From: an uncultured Christensenella sp.
GTDB lineage: Bacteria; Bacillota; Clostridia; Christensenellales; DTU072
Assembly: GCA_964620655.1 (NCBI GenBank)
Contig: CAZUJW010000007.1
Coordinates: forward strand, 1-53,267
DNA: 53,267 bases
Direction: 5' to 3'
The position numbers and the translations under genes were made by a program. How positions within the stretch are numbered: position 1 is the first letter of the stretch; every line of letters starts with the position of its first letter. Positions 45,503 to 53,267 of the stretch are shown one piece after another. Below the pieces are notes generated by a model, which did not search any database, was not told where the DNA came from, and worked only from the letters and a program-made list of their open reading frames with translations.

Positions 45503-47599
45503 TCAAAGTTTTTGAAGGGTAATTTCGAAGGCGGTTCCGCCGTCGGACGAAAACGTTAAGGCGCCTCCCATAGAATGAATAATGTTTTTGCAGACGAACA
45601 GACCTATTCCGCTGTTTTCGTTATTTTTTTCGGTTGTGTAGGGTGCAAAAACGTCTAAGTTATTTTCTATCCCTTTGCCGTCGTCTGCAACGATTATTTT
45701 TACCGATGCGTTCCCTGCCTTAACCGAAACGGTTATGTTTTTGCACTGAGCGTGTTCGATTGCGTTCATGATAAGATTGACGATTACGTTTTCAAGTCCT
45801 TTGGGTTTTACATATGCGATTACGGAAGAAGAACATTGGTTTTTTAATACGATACCGTTGGCTTCGCAGTCAAACGAACAAGAATCGCAAACCGTTTTGC
45901 AGATATCGAGCAGATCAGCCGCCACCGATTCTTCGGTCAGATAATTGAATTTTGCATATCCCGCAGCTTCGGTAAGATTGTCTAACGAAACGTCGTTGTA
46001 GTGTTTTACGATTTTAAGCAGATTAAGTTGTTCTTCGTCGTTTTCTCTCGCTATTGCCGAATCCAAAGCCGTCGCCGTGGCGTAAACGGTTTTTCGTATA
46101 TCGTGCGATACGAACTGTATCAGTTCGTCGCGTTCTTTTACCATAGCTCGCATTTCTTCCGTTTGCAATTTTACTTCCGACTGAAGATTGCGCGTGAGAT
46201 TGCGGTTTTTCGCTTCTATATCAGCGGTGTTTTTGGCAAATTTTACAAAAAATACGAACAACGCCGCAAACGACAACCAAAACGTCGCCGTTAAATACGT
46301 CGGCACGCTTGACGACTCAACCAAACCGCAAATCTGCGAAGTCGCGATAAAGATAAACGGCGTCAATAGCAACGCTTCGACGCGAGTCGCTTTTACGATT
46401 TCGTATACGATAAAGCATAAGCAGCAAATTAAAATTGTTATTTTTACGACCGTTTCTATTACGGAAAGTATTTTTGCGACGTCAAACGCGACGTATGGTT
46501 TTGCAAACGCCGCGGCGAAACCGATAGCCGTCAAGGCAAAAGAAAGGTATTTCGGCGGTTTTATTTTCACTCGTCCGCTCAGTCCGAGCAAAGCTCCGAA
46601 ACATGCGACATAAGGAAAAGCGCAAAGACACGCCGTCCAGAAGTGCGGAGCGTGATTGGATAACGAAAAAGCAAACCGACCGATTGCGGCGCAAAGTATG
46701 CCGGCTATGGCGACGATATCCGGGATCAAAGCCGACGTCTTTTTTGACGCGGACAGCGCGGTATATACGGCGATAAGCAACAGCGAAAAAACCACCGTCG
46801 CGCCGACGGCGAAAAGGGATGAGCGATTGATTTGTTCGAGGTCGCTGCCTATTCCCACCGTCGGGAAAGTCCGTATACCGCTTATACCGTATTTTGACTG
46901 ATAGTGTATGGCGATTATTCTTGTCGAATAATACTCCTCCGAATATGTGTGCGCGCGTGTGGAAAACCGCAGATCGACGGTCGTCAGGGACGTTTCGGGC
47001 GAAAATTCACCGCTGACGAAGGAATAATAAACGGTATGCTCGCTGAAATCGTATTTTTCTATAACCCCCAACGTGGTATCGAGAGAGTTTGCCGCATAGA
47101 TATTTGAAGCGGCAAAAATCTGCGGCAGACAAACGGATATTACCCAATCGTCTCCCACTTTGTATTTCTCTAAAAGTTCTTTCTTTTTTTCGTAGTTTTC
47201 GTCGCTCGGATCGGGCGGAAGGAAGGCAAAATAAATTGTTCCCGTAGGGGCGAAGTCAAAAGGCTCGGTAAGGTCGATTATTTGTGTGTCGGAGCAATAT
47301 TCGTCCACCGAGGCAAACCTGTCGGGGATATAATTGGCTCGGGTAATAAAACCGCTTTCCGTAACGTCCGATATGTCGATAGCGGCGAAGTCTTTGCCGA
47401 CGACGATAGGCTTTTCTTCTATTTCCGGTTCGCCCGTTATTTCATCGTAAACGAAAGTTATTTCTTTGAGAGTGCGGTTGTCTTCGGACACGGGTTTAAG
47501 CGAGACAAACGCAAAACGAAACAAAACGAAAACGATTGCCGAGAACAAAACGGCGGAAACGGCGACGATAATATTGGTTTTTTTCATGCGGTTATTCAT
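45503..47599 (-). CDS. Membrane sensor histidine kinase
   Basis: Extracellular domain and multiple TMs; SHDIR H-box, NLIMNA N-box, DDGKGI, SGIGL. Confidence 0.92.
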   Translation of the reverse strand: MNNRMKKTNIIVAVSAVLFSAIVFVLFRFAFVSLKPVSEDNRTLKEITFVYDEITGEPEIEEKPIVVGKDFAAIDISDVTESGFITRANYIPDRFASVDEYCSDTQIIDLTEPFDFAPTGTIYFAFLPPDPSDENYEKKKELLEKYKVGDDWVISVCLPQIFAASNIYAANSLDTTLGVIEKYDFSEHTVYYSFVSGEFSPETSLTTVDLRFSTRAHTYSEEYYSTRIIAIHYQSKYGISGIRTFPTVGIGSDLEQINRSSLFAVGATVVFSLLLIAVYTALSASKKTSALIPDIVAIAGILCAAIGRFAFSLSNHAPHFWTACLCAFPYVACFGALLGLSGRVKIKPPKYLSFALTAIGFAAAFAKPYVAFDVAKILSVIETVVKITILICCLCFIVYEIVKATRVEALLLTPFIFIATSQICGLVESSSVPTYLTATFWLSFAALFVFFVKFAKNTADIEAKNRNLTRNLQSEVKLQTEEMRAMVKERDELIQFVSHDIRKTVYATATALDSAIARENDEEQLNLLKIVKHYNDVSLDNLTEAAGYAKFNYLTEESVAADLLDICKTVCDSCSFDCEANGIVLKNQCSSSVIAYVKPKGLENVIVNLIMNAIEHAQCKNITVSVKAGNASVKIIVADDGKGIENNLDVFAPYTTEKNNENSGIGLFVCKNIIHSMGGALTFSSDGGTAFEITLQKL

Positions 47600-48276
47600 T
47601 TCGGGTCTCCCTTACAAAATGCGTACCCCAGACCGAATCGATTGACGATAAGCGCTGCGCAGTCGGGAGAAACGTTCATCATTTTTTTACGCATATTGTG
47701 TATGTGCATTTTTATCGTGGATGTGTTCAGGTGCGGTAATTGCCACACTGCGGTATAAACGTCGTTGGCGGTAAAAAACACGCCGGCGTTTTTCATTAAA
47801 AAGTATAAAACGTTAAATTCGCTCGAGGTCAGGTCCAAAGAAGTTCCTTTATAACGTGCCGTCCGCCTGTCGGAATCCAGCGTCAATCCGCACGACTCGA
47901 CGACCGCGTCTTGCGGCGGCAACAACCGCATCGCCATTCGCGTTTCTATCAGGTCTTCGGAAGCGGGCTTTACGATATAGTCCGTCGCACCGTGATCAAA
48001 ACCGCAAATGACGTTTTCTTCCGTGCCTAAAACGGAGAGTATCACGACGGGAACGTAATCTGTCATGTGTTCAAAAATCTGCAAACCGCTTCCGTCCGGC
48101 AAAATGAGATCCAAAAGTATGATGTCGAGTTCGGTTTTGGCTAAAATCTCGGTAGCTTCGAACAAACTTTTAGCCAAAAACACTTTGTTTGATTGCGAAA
48201 AGCGTTTATATAAGCGTTCGGACAGTTCGACGGAATCTTCGACGATAAGTATTTTTCGGTACTCCACTTTTTTCAT
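47596..48276 (-). CDS. OmpR-family response regulator
   Basis: ILIVEDS, LLDLILPDGSG, DYIVKP, wHTH LTSSEF..MHIHNMRKK..GLGY. Confidence 0.93.
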   Translation of the reverse strand: MKKVEYRKILIVEDSVELSERLYKRFSQSNKVFLAKSLFEATEILAKTELDIILLDLILPDGSGLQIFEHMTDYVPVVILSVLGTEENVICGFDHGATDYIVKPASEDLIETRMAMRLLPPQDAVVESCGLTLDSDRRTARYKGTSLDLTSSEFNVLYFLMKNAGVFFTANDVYTAVWQLPHLNTSTIKMHIHNMRKKMMNVSPDCAALIVNRFGLGYAFCKGDPK

Positions 48277-48551
48277 CGCAACCTCCGCCGCCGCAAACTT
48301 TACCTTTTGAATATAAAAACAAGTCGTAAAAAATCATTGCAAGCAAGTTTTTTCTTACTTGTATTGTATTATATTCTACTCCGAAAAGCAATGACCAAAA
48401 GTAAAGATTTGTAAAGAATTGTCAATCGGGGGCGACCGACGTTGTTTTGCAAAAATCCCTTTGATAGAATAAAAACGAGAAATTTGTCTTGAGTAAAGAT
48501 TTTTTTGCCGAGAAATTTCCCGGAATTTGCCATAACGGAGTGTTAATGTTT

Positions 48552-51500
48552 ATGAAAAAAGAGTTTGCTGTTAGGTTAAGAAAAAGCGTGTTTTTCGCGT
48601 TAATCGCTTTTTTTATTTTGGCGTCTGTCATTGCCTGTGCTTTTAAGTTCGGCAAAACGAACGTCGCTGCGGCTGCGACGACTTCGACTTGGGACGGAAG
48701 TTCTTCCGATACGAGTTTTGACGGCGAGGGAACAAAAGAAAAACCCTATCTTATAACCTCCGCCGCGGAACTCAACGGACTGCGAGTAAATACGAACGCC
48801 GGCAATACCTACAGCGGAGTTTACTTCAAACTGACCGTAGATATAGACTTAAACAGCAAAACTTGGTATCCTATAGGGTATAAAGATAGCGGCACGCGCT
48901 TCAAAGGACATTTCGACGGCGACGGGCATACGGTTTCCAACCTGTCGGTCAATAATACTACCAATACTCCGGCGGGCTTGTTCGGTTATGTAGAAAGCGG
49001 TTCTATAAGCAATCTCGGCATAACCTCGGGGAGCGTAGAGGTGAAGTTTTATGGGAGTTCGAATGCATATCTTTACGCAGGCTCGATAGCGGGATATATC
49101 GGCGGCGGCACAACGGTCACGAATTGTTATAATTCGGGCTGTGAAGTTACTGGCGCCGTTGCAGGCGGAATCGTCGGATACAACGGCAACGACGCTTTTG
49201 CTCCGATAGTCAACTGTTACAACACGGGGATCATATGTAGTCAGACCGATGCGAGCGGAGCTAATACAGACAGTTCGTCCGGCGGCATTGTGGGATACAG
49301 CAAAACCCTTTCCTCAAAACTCAATGTAATCAACTGCTACAATACAGGTAAGGTCATCGGGGTAGGCAAGCAAGGCGGACTTATCGGAAAAGGCGAAACT
49401 CTCGCGAAAAATTCCTATTATTATCAAGAAGCCGATAGTTACAGTACAATACTCGAATCAGGCTCGCTTAAATCTGCGTCTTCGATTTCCACAAGCGACT
49501 CTTTTACTTCGGCAAGCAGTACGGTTACTTACAAAGAGACGGCAAGCTCCACAGCGGAAACGCTTACTCTTGTCGACGCGCTCAACAAAGGCGCGATTTT
49601 ATACAACGCAGATAGTCCGACGGTAGCAGCAAAGGCATGGACAAGCGTAAGCGGCGGGTATCCCGTTCTCGCTTTAACCTCCGCCGAAACGTATAGCGTC
49701 ACGCATACGCTGGACGGGCTTACCGTTTCCGGCACAAGCGAAGCGACCGGCGGTTCGGATTATTCCGCCACTCTTACAGCGGCAAACCCGGGTCGCACTC
49801 TGCCTTCGTCAATAACCGTTACCGTCGGCGGAACAAAGATTACTCTTGGCAGCGGATATAGTTACAGTACGAATACGGGCACAGTAACGATACCTGCCGA
49901 AAACGTCACGGGCGATATCGTCATAACCGCCACGGCAGGAAAGCTCACCGGGGAAGGCTCGGACGGCAAATACTATTTAGACGGCGAATTGCATACCCAC
50001 GATTTCAGCGGAGAAACGGGTATCTGTGATTGCAAGCTGTATTCCAACGACGGCGGAACGACGATTTTCAGTCCGTTGTCGGCAGACGGTCTACAAACGC
50101 TTCTGTTAAGCAACAGCAGTTACATTCCGACCGGAAATTATTACCTGACGGAAAACGTGACTTTGTCGCAAGCCGTCAAGATAAAGAACGGTGTCAAAGT
50201 AAACCTTGCGTTGAACGGCAAAACGTACGATTTGAGCGGTAAATATATCACCGTGGAAAGCGGCGGAAGTCTGACGGTTCTGGATAAAGACAGAGCAGGG
50301 CTTATTACGACAAACAACAGTTACTACTGTATAGTAAATAAAGGTACGCTTACCGTTGACGGCGCGAGAGTGACGGGTTCGAGTACAAAGGAAAATGACC
50401 AAGGCGTTATCGTAAACAATGACGGAGCGACGGCGACCATAACAAATTCTACCGTTACAAACGAATCAACAGGTTACGCCGTAAATAACGTCAGCGGCGC
50501 AAAACTCCTGAGTATCGGAGACAGTACGATCGCGTCCGAACACTGCGGTATTTACCACCAAAGCAATTCTACGGAAATGTACCTGTACGGTGACTCGATT
50601 ATAAACGGCAAAGATTACGATATTTATCTGACAACATCCATATGGGCAATAAGCAAGGACAGAACGAAATCGTATACGGGCGACGACACGATAACGATAA
50701 AATTTAAAGATACCGTATCCGACGGAAAATACATCGTATGCAACGTGACCGCAGATAATAAAGGTAAGTTTTTACCTATGTTTGACGAAGACGATTTGAA
50801 AAACATAGACGAAGCGATAGTTATTAAAGAAGGCGAAGACGCTTACGGCGACGTTCTTATGGCGCATAAACATAACTACAAGACAGGCGTTTGCGCAAGC
50901 TGCGGAAATAACCTTACGGGGCTTGACGGCGACGGTAAATATTACGTTGACGGCGAACTCGGCACGGGCGTGTATGACGGCAAGTATTATAAGGACGGCG
51001 TACTTGCGACAGGTACCGTAGACGGCGTTTACTACGTAGACGGTAATCCCGCAAACGGTGTAACCGACGGCAAATATTATAAGGACGGCGTACTTGCGAC
51101 AGGCACGGCAGACGGGGTATATTACGTAAACGGAGATCCCGCAAACGGTGTGACCGACGGCAAGTATTATAAAGACGGCGTACTTGCGACCGGCACGGCA
51201 GACGGCGTTTACTACGTAAACGGAAGTCCCGCAAACGGAGAATACGGTGACAAATATTATGAAAACGGCACACCTTTTAACGGTACTCACGAAGGAAAAT
51301 ATTACAAAGACGGCGTTATTTTCAGCGGCGTAGATAACAATAAATATTACGAAAACGGCGTACTTGCGACAGGCACGGCAGACGGCGTTTACTACGTAGA
51401 CGGAAGTCCCGCAAACGGAGAATATGACGGCAAATATTACAAAGACGGCACACCTTTTACGGGAAAAGACGGCGACGCGTATTACGTCGACGGCGAAATC

Positions 51501-53267
51501 CATGCTACGCACACGTACGTTAACGGAGTTTGCGTTTGCGGAGAACACGAAACCTATTACGTTTACTATACGACAAACGGCGGCGTTATTCAAACGGGCT
51601 TAATTGAATCTTATACGCACGGCAGCGGAGCTTTCTTACCGACGAACGTAACAAAGACAGGCTGTAAATTTATAGGATGGTATTTATCGGGCGACGAAAG
51701 CGAAACGATAGTCACCGTAATAAACGCCGACGAGACGGGCGACAAAACTTTCGTTGCGAAGTGGGAAGAAAAGAAAACCGTTTCGATAGACCAAACCGCA
51801 CAAACGTATACGTACAATCCCGACGTTATTAGTCGCACGTTTACCGTTAAGCCCGAAACGGGTATGCCGACGAGCGGTTATACGGTCAAGTATTACGTAA
51901 ACGAGAAATGGACGAGCGACGCTCCTAAAAATGCGTCTTCCTACAACGTAAAAGTGACGAGAAGCGAAGACAGTGACTATAAAGCATTATCGGTAGAAAT
52001 TGCGGACGGACTTGTGATAGAAAAAGCGATGCCGAAAGTAGATATAGTCAGCGAAAGCTACGGCGTTACGTTATATACTTCTTCCGATTTACCGGGATTA
52101 TCTAATAATGAAATGTCGTCGGGTAAAGTCAAGTGGGACGACGGACAAACGCTGACTGCAGGCACGAAGAGTTACGCTTGGACGTTTACCCCTACCGACA
52201 CCGACAACTACAATACCGTTACCGGCACTATAGAACTTACCGTACTCGAAGTCGTTATCCAAAAAATCAAGATTACACAAGAACCGACAAAAAAGGAATA
52301 TACCGCTACCGAAACGCTCGATTTAGACGGCTTAATCGTTACCGCTACATATAACGACGGGAACGAGAAAGAAGTTACGGATTATACCGTTACTATCGGG
52401 GAGCAAACGGATCTTGTCGTCCATTATGCGGATTGGGGCGTTCAGATTACCGTCTCTTATCAAAAGAAAATTGCCAATTTTTGGGTGACCGTAGAAAAAC
52501 GTTCGCTTGCCGTACCTACCGCTAAAACCGACCTTATTTACAACAGTGCGGAGCAAATCGGCATTGCGGAAGATGCAGATAAATACAGCGTGTCAAACGG
52601 TAAAGCGACGAAAGCGAATACTTATACCGCGACGGTTACCCTTACGAATAACGACTATAAGTGGAGCGACGCGTCGTTTAACGGAAAAATTACTTGGAGC
52701 ATAGCGAAAGCAAACAGCGTAATAGACGTAAGCAATGTAGTTACTTCCTACACCTACAACGGCGAAACACAAACGATAAACAGCGGAGCAACGCTCAATC
52801 ACACCGAAAAAACGCTTGTTTATTCAAATAATACGTTCACGACGGTAGCGGAAGGCAACGGCAAAACAGTTACCGTATCGGTAGAGGAAAGCGACAATTA
52901 CACTTCTGCAAGCGAGACGGTTACCATTGCTGTAGCAAAAGCGAAAGTAACGGTACCTACCGCACAAAACAAACTTGTTTATACCGGTTCGGAGCAGACC
53001 GGCGTTGCGAACGACAATTTGTACACCGTAACGGACGGAGCGAAAACCGGCGCAGGCGATTATAACGCAACGGTTACGCTTAAAGATACCGATAATTACG
53101 AGTGGGCAACATCCTTTGACGGCAAAATTGCTTGGAGCATAGCCAAGGCTACTTACGATATGTCGGGCGTGACGTTTGAAAGCAATGAAGTCGTTTACGA
53201 CGGCAAAGTCCGCAGCCTTACGATAGGCGGAACTCTTCCGAACGGCGTAACCGTTACATACACAAAT
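48552..53267 (+). CDS. Giant secreted/surface protein (>1570 aa, 3' end outside the window)
   Basis: ATG 48552 with a signal peptide; frame spot-checked at 50931, 52248 and 53265 (intervening codons not all translated). GLUG-like motifs (PYLI.SAAEL, F.G.FDG.GH), 15-aa YY repeats, InlB-B-repeat-like (GC.FIGWY), Ig/MBG-like repeats. Confidence 0.88.
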   Translation, partial: MKKEFAVRLRKSVFFALIAFFILASVIACAFKFGKTNVAAAATTSTWDGSSSDTSFDGEGTKEKPYLITSAAELNGLRVNTNAGNTYSGVYFKLTVDIDLNSKTWYPIGYKDSGTRFKGHFDGDGHTVSNLSVNNTTNTPAGLFGYVESGSISNLGITSGSVEVKFYGSSNAYLYAGSIAGYIGGGTTVTNCYNSGCEVTGAVAGGIVGYNGNDAFAPIVNCYNTGIICSQTDASGANTDSSSGGIVGYSKTLSSKLNVINCYNTGKVIGVGKQGGLIGKGETLAKNSYYYQEADSYSTILESGSLKSASSISTSDSFTSASSTVTYKETASSTAETLTLVDALNKGAILYNADSPTVAAKAWTSVSGGYPVLALTSAETYSVTHTLDGLTVSGTSEATGGSDYSATLTAANPGRTLPSSITVTVGGTKITLGSGYSYSTNTGTVTIPAENVTGDIVITATAGKLTGEGSDGKYYLDGELHTHDFSGETGICDCKLYSNDGGTTIFSPLSADGLQTLLLSNSSYIPTGNYYLTENVTLSQAVKIKNGVKVNLALNGKTYDLSGKYITVESGGSLTVLDKDRAGLITTNNSYYCIVNKGTLTVDGARVTGSSTKENDQGVIVNNDGATATITNSTVTNESTGYAVNNVSGAKLLSIGDSTIASEHCGIYHQSNSTEMYLYGDSIINGKDYDIYLTTSIWAISKDRTKSYTGDDTITIKFKDTVSDGKYIVCNVTADNKGKFLPMFDEDDLKNIDEAIVIKEGEDAYGDVLMAHKHNYKTGVCASCGNNLTGLDGDGKYYVDGELGTGVYDGKYYKDGVLATGTVDGVYYVDGNPANGVTDGKYYKDGVLATGTADGVYYVNGDPANGVTDGKYYKDGVLATGTADGVYYVNGSPANGEYGDKYYENGTPFNGTHEGKYYKDGVIFSGVDNNKYYENGVLATGTADGVYYVDGSPANGEYDGKYYKDGTPFTGKDGDAYYVDGEIHATHTYVNGVCVCGEHETYYVYYTTNGGVIQTGLIESYTHGSGAFLPTNVTKTGCKFIGWYLSGDESETIVTVINADETGDKTFVAKWEEKKTVSIDQTAQTYTYNPDVISRTFTVKPETGMPTSGYTVKYYVNEKWTSDAPKNASSYNVKVTRSEDSDYKALSVEIADGLVIEKAMPKVDIVSESYGVTLYTSSDLPGLSNNEMSSGKVKWDDGQTLTAGTKSYAWTFTPTDTDNYNTVTGTIELTVLEVVIQKIKITQEPTKKEYTATETLDLDGLIVTATYNDGNEKEVTDYTVTIGEQTDLVVHYADWGVQITVSYQKKIANFWVTVEKRSLAVPTAKTDLIYNSAEQIGIAEDADKYSVSNGKATKANTYTATVTLTNNDYKWSDASFNGKITWSIAKANSVIDVSNVVTSYTYNGETQTINSGATLNHTEKTLVYSNNTFTTVAEGNGKTVTVSVEESDNYTSASETVTIAVAKAKVTVPTAQNKLVYTGSEQTGVANDNLYTVTDGAKTGAGDYNATVTLKDTDNYEWATSFDGKIAWSIAKATYDMSGVTFESNEVVYDGKVRSLTIGGTLPNGVTVTYTN
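50931..51515 (+). repeat. 13 tandem 45-bp (15-aa) coding repeats, DGKYYKDGVLATGTA / DGVYYVNGSPANGEY
   Basis: Strict 45-bp period: unit 1 at 50931, unit 13 at 51471. Confidence 0.9.

Noticed and set aside
50772-51593. 273-aa repetitive antisense ORF (also 50914-51273)
   Set aside because: Mirror of the 45-bp repeats of the plus-strand surface protein.

Overview
Chromosomal window from a Clostridia-like anaerobe (inferred from gene content: rex-adhE-hfs hydrogenase cluster, pckA, a Spo0A_C-like fragment, sigmaA-type promoters). (1) 161-12071 looks like a complete ~11.9 kb serine-recombinase element integrated at the 3' end of tRNA-Ser(CGA). Its cargo is an HTH regulator, RhuM, a type III R-M system, an sce7726-sce7725-RES trio and a non-coding ~67-bp-period motif array. 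(2) Both tRNA genes in the window, Ser(CGA) and Arg(ACG), are flanked by tandem, structured non-coding units built from fragments of the same tRNA; one unit at tRNA-Arg is interrupted by an AAA-ATPase cassette. (3) An AT-rich accessory islet (14.6-20.3 kb) holds two UDG-fold-like proteins, a WYL regulator and hypothetical proteins. (4) A core fermentation/H2-sensing cluster: rex, adhE, kinase, two 2Fe-2S proteins, an LDH/MDH-family enzyme, hfsB/C/D-like genes and pckA. (5) A BspA-type LRR surface protein, a small alarmone synthetase, a two-component system and a >1570-aa surface protein that runs off the window end and is absent from the supplied ORF track. All family assignments come from motif recognition by eye; no database search was run.
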